From Thalia democratica (Eukaryota), in NCBI GenBank assembly GCA_965202585.1, contig OZ241829.1, forward strand, positions 68,572,001 through 68,636,000: 64,000 nucleotides of DNA, read 5' to 3'. The notes beneath the pieces are model-generated. The model worked only from the letters and a program-made list of their open reading frames with translations. It was not told the DNA's origin and searched no databases. Positions 12,301-23,220 of this stretch are shown in pieces. The translations under genes were made by a program, and so were the position numbers. Positions within the stretch are counted from its first letter, which is position 1, and each line of letters opens with the position of its first letter.

Positions 12301-13755
12301 GTTGTTTTGTTCACAACTTAAAACTTCATCAGATTTTTCAACCGAGTTGTGTGAACTGCTATTTGTAACATTTTCAGTTGTGTTGTCGTCACCAAAAAAC
12401 CCTCCTTCAAAAAAACCTTCTTGACTTAAATTCATTGTCATGTTTTCATTTGCAATATTATCAGTTTGAAAGTTTATTTGCGGGGCAACTTCCATCGTAT
12501 TTGATTGTGTTGAAACGTCAAATATGTTTACAATTTCTTCCTTGACTGTACTTTCTGTGTTGTCACCGAAAATGTTCAGTAAATCGTCTTGTGCATTATC
12601 AGACGTTGAAACCTCTAAATTTTCTTCAGTGCCTAAATCGAACAGAGAGTTATCTATTTGTTCGTCAGTTTTTACTTTATTTTCTTCCGAACTGTTTTCT
12701 TTGTTTGAATTTTCTGAAAAATCAAGGTTTAAGCTGTTTTCTGTACCTAAATCAAACAAACTGTTGCTGAATTGATCTTGAGTGTTCAGTATGTTTTCTT
12801 CTGAAGTTTCTGTCTGGCCAGTGGAATTTAGATTAGAATATTCGCTCTGAGAAGTTGAAAAGAAATCAAGTAGTGAGCTGTTTAAGTCGTTATTTGTGCT
12901 TCTGTCTTCTAAACTGCTCGAACTTTGTTCAAAAGTTGTTGCATCAAAAATATTACCTTCTTCGCTCGCACTTGTGTTTGCTGTTGCTTCTGTTGAAAAG
13001 AAAGAATCAAGTAAGTTGTTATTGTCAACAGACTGATTTGTAGAGCTGCTATCAATGGGGTTTAAAACTTCACCACTGCTTGTAGATTGATTTAATAAAG
13101 TGTTTTCTCCTATTTGATTTGAGCTTTCAAAAATATCTGCTACGTCAGTATTTTCAGCTGGATCAACAAAATTTGTGCTTTCCTTGGACTGAATTAGTTC
13201 ACTTAAGCTCGTGCTATCAACTAGTTGATTTGCAGCCTTAACTGGGCCTAAAATTTGGGATAAACTATTTGGCAATTCCTTATCTACCAGTTGGCTTGTG
13301 TTTTCAAAGTTACTAAAAATATCAGTGCTTTCAGCTGAGTCGTTAAAATCAGATTTTTCTAGTACTGGTTCGCTGTTATCAACTGTATCTGTCGTGCTTG
13401 AACTAAACAAACCAAGCAAATCTTCATTACCTGAAACTTGACCGTTTTCGTTTGTATTTTTGCTGCTTTCAGCGCCAAATATATCAAGCAAACCACTGCT
13501 GCTGTTGTCAACAAAACTCTGCTGGTTCGAAGGACTTTCTACAACTCGACCGGTCAACAAATTACTGTCGAGGCTAAACAAATCACCGCTTTCTATTGGC
13601 TGCTGACTAAAATCACCGTTTTCTATTGGCTGCTGGGAAAAATCACCGTTTTCTATTGGCTGCTGAGAAAAATCTACTTTTTGTTCGCTTAGTTGCTGCT
13701 GCGAGCCGTTATCACTTGCTACTGATAACAAAGCGTCGTCGTCGATGAGCGACAT
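331..13755 (-). CDS. BCH (CRAL-TRIO-like) domain protein of the BNIP2/caytaxin/PRUNE2-BMCC1 family with a very long acidic disordered N-terminus; 3' end lies outside the window
   Basis: Exons on the minus strand, all GT-AG with matching phases: 13755-11543, 10942-5092, 4870-4822, 4761-4700, 4260-4191, 4111-4033, 3843-3755, 3283-3110, 2590-2507, 1922-1710, 925-826, 549-331 (9203 nt). The last exons read WEEVVVNKEVYKVDGTCLQPYKKIICHG-G-FYKDKSTIVEIFGQYLPDSSNPAHNWILDNIFM-YLLSTTQLLVGDYNFSIVYFN...RELKKKMECCYVVQPSFALKATIKFSRFL, matching recalled BCH motifs (IEPYKRVISHGG; LRKNLKSLIIVHPSWF). An in-frame TAG lies just upstream of the ATG at 13755. No DHH (Prune) domain seen. Confidence 0.88.
2255..2407. 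repeat. Perfect 76-bp intronic tandem duplication
   Basis: ttcttttttcaagacttag...ttagcaaagat occurs twice with a period of 76. Confidence 0.9.
5092..10942 (-). CDS. Giant 5851-nt internal exon of the BCH gene (D/E/N/S-rich low-complexity protein)
   Basis: ORF 5026..10761 extends upstream in frame to a tttcag acceptor (exon start 10942). Donor GAG|GTAATA at 5092. Phase 2 in and phase 0 out fit the neighbouring exons. Confidence 0.88.
11543..13755 (-). CDS. First coding exon (2213 nt) of the BCH gene
   Basis: ORF 11527..13755; donor AGCAG|GTATGG at 11543 gives phase 2, matching the acceptor at 10942. Confidence 0.85.
13580..13674 (-). repeat. 30-bp coding tandem repeat, 3 copies (DFSQQPIENG)
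   Basis: aaatcaccg(c/t)tttctattggctgctg repeated three times; visible in the ORF translation. Confidence 0.9.
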
Positions 13756-13757
13756 GC

Positions 13758-13800
13758 TCTAGTGATCACGTGGTTATGACGTCACAATGAGCACGTGTTG
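13758..13800 (-). promoter_or_regulatory. Putative proximal regulatory cluster: two CACGTG E-boxes flanking a TGACGTCA CRE, plus a TAG acceptor 3 nt before the ATG
   Basis: Direct motif reading: CACGTG at ~13767 and ~13792, TGACGTCA at 13777-13784, in a GC-richer patch next to the start codon. Function is inferred. Confidence 0.4.
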
Positions 13801-16800
13801 CAGATGAAAGGGAGTGCACTTGAAGTGTACGAGTGTTTGATTTAATATTTAAGCGTCTGTTTTATAAAAAGTGTATTGTAAACAAACTTGTTTTGTTAAA
13901 ATGTTTTTTTGTTTACGTGCTGCAATCTTTACTAAAGTGTTTAAAAAAGTACTAAATTGAAAGTATAATGGTTTAGTAAAAATGAAAATTATTAAGCTTA
14001 ATGTTTCTATTTAGCCATTTGAATGTATCATTGAACAGTATTAACACAAGCCTAAAATTAAAAACAATAGTTTGGATTTAAATCTGACAAAAATGATTGT
14101 CGCTTTTAATACCAGATAAATTAGAGTTTGTTTCGTTTAGAATAAATTAAACGAACTTAAAATATAGGTACGAAAATAAGTTTACCACCTTTACATTGTT
14201 TGATTTTAAAACATTTTCTAACAACTGTAAACATTTTAGCTTTTTAAATTTTTGTTTAATTTTGGTAGATTTTTTTTGTTTGTATAAATAAAGTACTCTT
14301 CAGAGTATAACATTTTTAAAGCATATAATAGAAGCTAAAAACATCTCAGTATAAAAAAATCTTTTATTAAACAAAAGTTTTTAGTCTTTTATATTTTATT
14401 AAAAAATAAGTAACATAATAAATTATTTAATTACTTCATGTTTTGTATTATACATAAAATCTTCTTTTAAACTTTGAATTTCTTGTATTGCGAACTTTTG
14501 GGTATAAAAAACTGAAAGTAAAACAAAAATTTGTAATAATAGTTAAGCTTGAAAAATACTTTAGTAAGACAAAAAAAATCATATATGTCAAAAACTAAAG
14601 AACAGATAAGAAAATTATTTACATCCTCGTACAATTTTAAAAATATGTTTTACTTTCGTTTTAAAACTAAATTTTTATCTAAATTTAACTGCTTAAATAT
14701 AAACAATGTTATAAAACTAATTACTCTTAATTATTTATGTTTAGATAAAGTCTTTGTAGTTAAAGTTAAACTAGCTACTGACAATATTTAAAACCAAAAC
14801 TTAAAACAATAAATGTTTTGATACTTTGTAAGCAAGTAACCTAAACTAAAATCACAAATAATCAGTCTGTTTAAAAAAAAAGTTTTAACTTTCAAACTTA
14901 AGTTTAAAAATAGCTTTAGAAACTAATATAGTTTAACGTTAATATTTCAACTGTTTAACTTTTGTAATGAATAAAACAGTTGTCGATAAAAATTATTGAT
15001 TTAAGATTTTAAATAGTAATTTTGTCTATAAACTAAACTCTTTATAAAAAATATATATCTACTAAACTAGATAAAATGTTTAGTTACTAAACTGTCTGTG
15101 TAAAAGTATTTATTCTAATTAAAACTTGCCTTAAAAATACAAAATTCATAATTTTTCATTATACAAAAAAAACTTCGAACTATTAAAAATCATTCAATGT
15201 CTGTTATTTAGTCTGTGTTACAATAGCAATAAACAGAGAAAAATGAATATTAAACAAATATTGGTATGAAGCATTCATTGTTAATAATTAACTGAATAAT
15301 GTTTACAATTACTATGTCATTACCCTTTTGCTATTTTCTGCATAAAACCTGCATTATTTTTGTTTATTTAAACACTATTTTGAACATTTTTTCCTTGAAC
15401 TTGAGTGTTTATTTATTTGTGATTTTAAATGCATGTTATAGTGTATAGCTAATTGATTAGTAAACATTACGTACTTTGTAAGTTAATAAACCTACAATAT
15501 ATTTTTTAGTATTAGCTAGCTTGAAATGAACATACAGCTAGCTAAATATGTATACTATTATCATTTTTCATATATGATAATAACTACAATTTTATTGCTA
15601 CGTTGTATTGTCGTAGTCTGATGATGATTTTTGAAATTATTTTTATTTTGAACCTTTTTACACGTAGCTTTAGCTTACTTAATATTATTAATGTGTACAT
15701 TTGTATTAATATCAAAAAATACAAATTACTGTTTTTTTTTAATTTTTAACAGTTCTGATATAAAACAATACAACAAAAAGTCTTTTAATTATCTGCCACA
15801 CAATTATCAATTAAGTTATTACTTGCCTTGTTTAAAGAAAATATTTGTTTTATTTGTTTAAATAGGTACATAAAATCGCACACTTTTTTAAGGAGGCCTC
15901 TCAACTAATACGTCCAAAATATTATATTTTATGTATTACTAAGTAGTATAATCTCAATAATTTATTAACATAATTAGTTATCAAATACTTAAATACGAAT
16001 TAGTCTAGTTGTAAACATTTAATTAGTTTTTCTTTTAACATATGCACATAGTTTTTATATAAACAATAAACTTGTATATTTCTTTATAACAGCAGTGATA
16101 TCATAGTTTTGAATTTTGTGCTTCAGTGAAAGAGTAAAACAGTACTTTCTAAAATTATGAAAAACCTGAAAATGCTACTTTAGAAACTGAAGAGGTTGAA
16201 GATCCTAAAAAACAAAAGTATATATATCCAGCTGTGTTTTGTATAAAATATAATTTTTCAATACATAAAGTTAAAAAAATTAATCTTCACTTTAATATTT
16301 AATAAATTTTACGAGTAATACCTTTTGGCACGAGAATAAATAAAAACTTATCTTTAAATAAAAAAGCTGTTTTTTTCTTGAACTTGTACTTTTCCATCGT
16401 TCAAAGTTTCGTAAATTTTTCTATTTTGATTAAAATAAAGATTTGAAATTTTTTAAAATAATAATAAGAATATTACAATAAACACTAGCATATGACTTTT
16501 AAATAATTAGATAACAAATACCTTTTTATATAGTAATAGAAGAAATATAACAATTATGTCAATTACAAATGATGAAATGAGTAAAAGTATAAAGTATTAA
16601 AAAAATTATTAAAAAAAAAAAACGAATAAAAGTTTATTTATAGAACTTAAAGTTATGTAACAAAAACTTTCAAACTTATATCAAAACCAAAACTGTTTTA
16701 AATATAATAATAAAGTGAATAAAAACTGGAAAAGACAATAAAAAATCGCAAAAACTCAGAACTCTATTTTATATATATTTTCAAATTTCCGTCATATAAT

Positions 16801-17899
16801 AAACATTATGTCTATAACATGAAACATTTTTAATTAAACAAGAATAAGGACTTCAAATGCTAGGGTAAAAAAATTAAAAACAGTAAATAATTATCATCAT
16901 AAAACAAATTACCGTATATACTTTCATATACTGGTCCACTTTGCTGTTTGTTTATTTTTAAATAAAGTAACATTTAAAAATCAAAAAACAACTTAAACTG
17001 ATTGTATTAAAACAAATATGTTGATTTTAAATCTTACTCATGTAAGAAAAAAAATGTGCTACACTTATTTTAAAATCAAAACACTTTAAAGTTGTAATGA
17101 TAAAAGAATTATTGAACCTTATTTTCGTTTGTAAATGATATGTTTATTAAGAGTATTGTTTATAATAAAGTTAGAAATAAGACAGTTTACCTTCACATTT
17201 CTGATAAACATTTGTTATCTTCTTTTGTTGTTCTGATAAAAATTAAAAATAAGTGATTACAATAGTTTTCAGTTTAAATCTAAATATATAAAATAACAAA
17301 AGTTTTTGAAATACAGATTTTGTTACTCCTCTTCTTTGAAAAAATATAATTGAAATGATCACTGTAAAAATAATTCTAAAATATAAATTTTTGTAGTATG
17401 ATAACTATAAGGTTTTACTGGTTTTTATGTTTAAATTAAAATATATTAGTCTACGTTTAATATACTGTATTAAAATTAGTATAATTTTATTTAAACATAT
17501 CTATATAGCCAAATGTTTGAAGGATTAATTAAATAGTTAATAATAAAGCAATTTTGTGCTACTACTAATCTTGTTATTATTATTGATATATGATAACTTG
17601 TTCTAGTAAAACAAACAAAATAACAAATAAAATAATTTAGTCTTTAAAAGCGAAAAAATTGATTAAAACATTTGAAATTTTTTGATAAAGCTTAGTCAAA
17701 ACTTAAATCATTGTTGGTATTGTTAAGCACTGTCAAAATATTTTTAATTCCATGATCGAGACTAATAACATTTTCCTGAAAAATTATTAAATTTTTTTGT
17801 CATCTTTCGTTTCTCTGACTGGTGTCTTTTACAACAATAGAAAATAAGAAATGAAATAAAAATTATAAATATCACCAATATGATATGATCGCGTTGAAA

Positions 17900-19410
17900 G
17901 TCCAAACTACAAACCTATTATGACGTTGCAACTGTTTTATTTCTCAAAATGTCACACATTATCTGTAGATCATAGTTTTCAAATCTACAGTTTAACATTA
18001 TTAAGTCGTTTGATTTTACTTGATCCATTTCAATTACTACTACTTTGATAATAAATATCTTTGTTACAGGTTTTTTACTTTTTTTTTTTCTGAAAACAAT
18101 AAATAAATATATCAAAAATTTTAATTTTTATGATAAATTGTAAAACTAAGTAAGTTTAAAAGTCTTAGCTACAGAAAACACTAACGAATGACAATTAAAT
18201 GAGTCACTTACTTTAACTATTTTTTTTATTTATCTTTTAAAACATTCTTATCGCCCTTTAAACTTTTTGTTAGTTTACTTTAACAATGCAAACAAATTAA
18301 TTTAACAAAAACAAAGTATAACCATTTGTTATACACAATATACATCTTTTTAGAAAAATGTTTGTTTTTCAACAAAGTTTTTATACAGATTTGATTAAAC
18401 ATAGATTATGAAGTCAAAGTAATGTTTCACTTACTACAGCGCTTTTTAGAACTAATTATTTTATTTTATTTTTTATATAAATTAGACATATTATTTTAAT
18501 TCTAAATTTCTTCATCTAGCTTTATTATCTAAAGCGATACAATTTAACTTATCATTATACATTATGGCTTCAATTTAAACTACTTAAGCTTGTGTTCAAA
18601 ATAAAATGTTCGTCTTAAAAAAAATTTAAATACTTTTTAAGTTTATATTGTAAGTTTCATCTTCATAACTGAGTTCAGTCATTTAGTATTTTAAAATAAG
18701 TAAGTATATCTATTAAAACTCTAAAAATATATGATCAAGTATTATTTTCTACTTAAACTTTAAAACTATTCTAATTGCTAAAGATGTTAGATAAACACCA
18801 GCAAAAAAACAAGTATAATGAATCATTTACTTCCTTTTAACTATCAATACTAATACTAAGTTTTAAACGTTGTAGTTTAACTTTAAAGGTAAGAATAAGT
18901 TTAGTTTTTTCACACTAGAGATGTTTTTTTTTAACTGACAAAGCTTTTACTTTTAATGTTTATTAATTTTGAAGGTAATTTGTAAACCTTCACTACAAAG
19001 TTAAAAATTTGAGTACTACATACTAATTTTTAGAACGTATAATACATACAACGTTATTCAATGTTTCTATTTTTTTATTGTGTTTGTGAAAAGTGAACTT
19101 CTAATAGTTTAAGTTTTTTAACAACATTTTTAACATGTAACGTTTAGTTTGATGTTTTAATTAACACAGAAATTTGTAGTTTTCAATGTTATAATAAATA
19201 AACAATTTAACATATTATTTAATGTTTGTAGTTTTACGCATTAATTAACTTATCTGAAATTGTTGTAACTAATATTTAGAAATAAAAAAAATTAAAGCAG
19301 AAATTTTCATTTCGAAGTCAACTTTTTTCTGTAAAAACAGCCTACTTAAGACGAAAGATTATGTACCTATTTTTATTCCAAATTAAAACATTTGTGATAA
19401 TGCTGTAATG
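17900..19410. repeat. Outer left arm of the large inverted duplication (pairs with ~41530-43780)
   Basis: Reverse-complement matches, e.g. 18160-18220 with 43490-43540, 18330-18450 with 43230-43350, 18840-18990 with 42680-42850, 19080-19360 with 41560-41860, 17930-18075 with 43630-43770; visibly diverged. Confidence 0.8.
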
Positions 19411-21438
19411 AGCTGCTGCGAATTCCTTGCATTGTCATTGTTTGAACGTTGAGCTCAAGAGAATATTTAGAGTTTGATACGGTTGCATGCAGCTAGACAA
19501 CAATGACCGAATATGGAAGCTAACTCGCATTCAAGCGAGCCAATGAGAATCAAGGCTCATGATGCACTACAGTTTTTACAGATACAGAGCAGTTAGTAGA
19601 CTGTGTGAAAGACTTCCAGAAAGAAATCTTATCTTGAACTTATTGTATATGTTTATTTTAGGTATTGTTTGAATGTAGAGGTAATACTTAAATTAAATGT
19701 TGACTGCCTTAAATTATTTGAATTAGATTTAAATGTTTATAAGTTTATTAAGCCTTTTATAGTCATTGCACTCTAAAGGTTTTTATTTAAACAATTGTTA
19801 ATTTTTTAAGTCACTTGAAATTGATTTATAAGTTTGATATTTATTTAAGTGTTTTATAGTTTACTGCACTAAATCTTGATTTAATATTAAGTTGCACTTT
19901 TACCAAGTGATTTTAAAAAAGTTTAATAAGTTCTTCGTATTTTTGAAGTATAGTGCTTCTATTTCTTTGTGGTTCTTTGGTATAATAGATACACCACTCT
20001 GAGCTGTTTTGTCTGATCGTATAAAGTTGTCTAGAATAGCTGTAACTATTTTCAGATAAAATCCACTGATAAGCATAAGTTAGCACATAAGTATTTTACA
20101 CTAATCATGTCCAACCTAAGTAATATAAATGAAAAGCTGCCTGCAGCGGGTTTTAAGCATAAACGTGCTAGAAAGTCACCCCTTCTGCAGGAGAAGTATG
20201 AACAAAAGGTCAGGTTGACAATCTTCTCACAGACAGTCAACCAGACCTAACTGAGACTTTGGATGTTGGCCCACCAGTATCCTCAGTTCACAATGCGTAC
20301 TTTTAATAATTGTTTAATAATTAAGCCATTATAATAAACAGGGGCATCGCGTGGGGTGGCACACTAAAGCTGTTGTTCCACGTCACAAAAAAAAAAAAAA
20401 GAAAAAGAAACTTTTTATTAATTTTAGATTTTTCGCCGTTTTAAACGAATTTTAAATTTGATTATTTTTCTTTTTTTTTTTGTTTGAATTTCAAATACTA
20501 GTAAAATTAGAGCTGCATGCTCAATCTTTGCTAGCTGAGTTTTAAAAATGTTAAACATATAACAAAATTTCCATACAAAAAGTTGTTGAAAATCTCAAAC
20601 ATTGATTTAAAATTCAAATTGACCATTCAGATAAGGCTAGTCAAGTAAAAATTTCCATTTGGAGGTAAAAAAAAACCAAAAAGTTAATAAATTATAATAC
20701 CTATCTCTTCTTTTATAATTTAAGCTAGTAATCATTTCTTGCTGTTAAACTCGTTACATGAGTAACCTGCTGTCGCCTTAGTTTTAACTCAAGTATTTTT
20801 TAAACTCTAATTAAAATACCTATTTTTTTAGAATTTAGATACTGTTTATGAATTATGTACGGGTTGACTGTAAGTTTTAGCTGACGTTAAAGCGTTGGTA
20901 AAACAAGTTTTTAACGCTTAATTTTACTTTGTAGACTTTTGAAAAAACTATAAATAGTTTAAACTTCTCATTGGAATTAAATTTTGACATAAAGCTGATT
21001 AAATTTGGAACGTTCAAAATTTTCTTCATGTGTGGAAAATACTAAATTTTCCAACAAATTTTTATCATTATTCATTTTCAATTTAATTTTTTTTAGCAAA
21101 TACATCTACTTTAATGATACACATACATACACAACAAAATAAAAGCATAATTTAAAAGTTAAAAAATGGGTCGAAACTAAATAAGATGATAGGTAAATCT
21201 TATTTTCAACTTATATCAAACTTTAATTTAACTCACAAGTCTCATAAATTTATTTTAAGTAAAAAGATATTGTTTATGAAGTTTATAAAAATTTGCTAAA
21301 CAGTTTTTGTTGTTATTTTATACTTTACCTTTTCTATACACATAAATAGTTATAGCTTTTTTAGATAATTGTTCTTTAATTAAATTTTATGAACCTCGTA
21401 TGTTTTAATTATTTGCATAATTTTTTTTTTATTGTTAG

Positions 21439-22305
21439 CAGGGTTCGTGCGCGGTTTTTTTTTCATTTAGCCTGACTGAGACCAATTTAGCCTGACATTT
21501 TTTCAAAGTAAGGAAAATACCCTTTATAAGTCATTTGAGGTAATGGGAATCTGATTAGTACTGTTGTAGTCTCCTACTTTAACCAGCTTTAGATCAAAAC
21601 TTTATAAACCTTTTTGAACTTTTAAAATCTGCAAAAAAAAACCTCATAGTTTATTTACAACTCAATAAAATAAGGCTAAACTGTGAAAAAAGTGATTGAC
21701 CCCCCTTTGCCCTTAACATAACAAATTCAGTGATAATTTTTTAAATAAGTGATCTACTACTAGTGTAAAAATATAATATATATTACTAAACACAATTGTT
21801 CAATTTAATTAAGCACTAAGTTAAACCATTACAACCAGAAGATTTATAATAAAACGACGTGCATTTTTGTGTTTTATTAAAATTTAAAATGAAACGCTTA
21901 CACGAGTATTAAAATACAAACAAACAAATAAGTTGTTTAACTAAACTGTAATATTTACAATGTTTTTTTATAATGAATTTTCAAAATTATGACGTATATA
22001 ACTTACTCAAAACTAAATTATGAAGATTCTTAAAAATTTTATAGAGATCCAAAAAAAGTTTTCAAGCATTTTTTTTTACAAATACTGACTGGTTTTGTTT
22101 TTAATAACTAATAACTAAATTCACATCTCAATTTGATCTTTAAAAAGATTTTTCAATTTTATTTTAATTAAAAATTTTCAAGCATTTGAACGATTGTCAA
22201 ACTTTTACATAAAAAAACTGATTTAGCCTGACGTTTTTCAACTTTTTTCAAAAAAACTGATTTAGCCTGACTTAGCCTGATTTAGTCTGACGCGCACGAA
22301 CCCTG
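21439..22305. mobile_element. MITE with perfect 15-bp TIR CAGGGTTCGTGCGCG and tttagcctgac subterminal repeats
   Basis: TIRs at 21439 and 22291-22305; tgttag is directly repeated on both flanks (6 bp); repeated tttagcctga motifs near both ends. Confidence 0.85.
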
Positions 22306-22488
22306 TGTTAGTTAGTCAAGTCCTAATTTTGAGTTAAAAACTTATAATTGTGCAAACACAGAACTTTAGAAAAGCATAAATTAAAAAAAGTTGCTATTGT
22401 TGTAGAAAAAGGGTGATAATATACAGAGGTATATTATATGTTTTTTTTTATAACATATCTTTGTTCTTATTTATCTAATTATATAAAA

Positions 22489-22557
22489 ACTATAATTTAA
22501 ACAGCTGTTTCACACATTGAAATGTAAAATTTCATGTGATCGTCAGTAAGTTACAGT
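22489..22557 (-). ncRNA. Type I hammerhead ribozyme motif associated with a Penelope-like element
   Basis: Minus strand: ACTGTAACTTA-CTGACGA-TCACATGAAATTTTACATTTCAATGTGT-GAAA-CAGCTG-TT^TAAATTATAGT. Helix I is 11 bp with one mismatch and one GU pair; both core boxes are present; helix III is minimal and palindromic (AC-AGCT-GT). Located ~250 nt downstream of the PLE ORF end. Confidence 0.75.
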
Positions 22558-23220
22558 TTATTATAATAGTGAACAGAAATTTCGATATTAAAGTTTTTAT
22601 AATAATTGTGACGTAGTAATGGTACAGTTTATTGTACGATTAGCTGAACTTGAAATAATACGCTGTGAATGTTATTTTACGCTTTTTAGGAAAGTTTAAA
22701 AAGGTTATTTTGGAAAAATGTTTTAAGCTATTAGAAAAATTTTTTTAGACTGTTGGGAAAAATGTTATAAAATACTCGTGTTTGCCGCTTCGATTTTATT
22801 TTGTTTTAATATTTTTTGGTTTTAATTTTGTTAAAAATGTATTTTTGATAAAGGATGCATATGTTTTGTCTTTCGCTTTTCTTGTTTAGTGTTACGTTCT
22901 TATCTGATTTTTTGATTTCTATTTTTTCTAAGTTACAAAGTTTGCAGCCGAAATTAGTATTGAATTTTAATTTTGTCCTGTTTAATATTTCCGATTTAAT
23001 TCTGTAGTCTGTATTGTTATCTTTTAAGTTCCATATGTAATTCGCTAGTTCTGTTGTGTGTCTTTTGTTAGCATTGTTGAATGATGATTTGTGGTTTCTG
23101 TATCTTTGTTTAAAGGTATTTCCTGTGGATCCTATATACTACTTTGTTGTTTTATTTGATGTTATCTTTGTTCTTATATATTTTATTTAAGATATATTTC
23201 AACAAACATGTTCTAGTTTT
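22489..23220 (-). mobile_element. 5'-truncated Penelope-like retroelement: GIY-YIG endonuclease C-terminus plus 3' region
   Basis: Minus-strand translation (~23170-22806), absent from the ORF track: KITSNKTTK*YIGSTGNTFKQRYRNHKSSFNNANKRHTTELANYIWNLKDNNTDYRIKSEILNRTKLKFNTNFGCKLCNLEKIEI...LNKKSE, typical of PLE GIY-YIG domains; one in-frame TAG. Confidence 0.85.

Noticed and set aside
5105-12775. Many plus-strand ORFs of 60-120 aa over the giant exons
   Set aside because: Antisense shadows of a long low-complexity coding frame (S/F/L-rich); no independent signal.
14549-14791. Short AT-rich ORFs from the track (14549, 23600, 28774, 46381, 51972, 53970, 56864, 60394)
   Set aside because: K/F/I/L-rich chance frames in AT-rich or MITE DNA without splice or homology support.
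15618-15640. CTGATGA...GAAA as a second hammerhead (also CTGATGA on the minus strand near 45435)
   Set aside because: No helix I, II or III pairing; the 45435 site lies in a predicted coding exon.
22455-23180. 15-nt direct repeat (tatctttgttcttat) at both ends of the Penelope-like fragment as a pseudo-LTR or TSD
   Set aside because: Short and AT-rich, and one copy lies inside the coding remnant; cannot be distinguished from chance.
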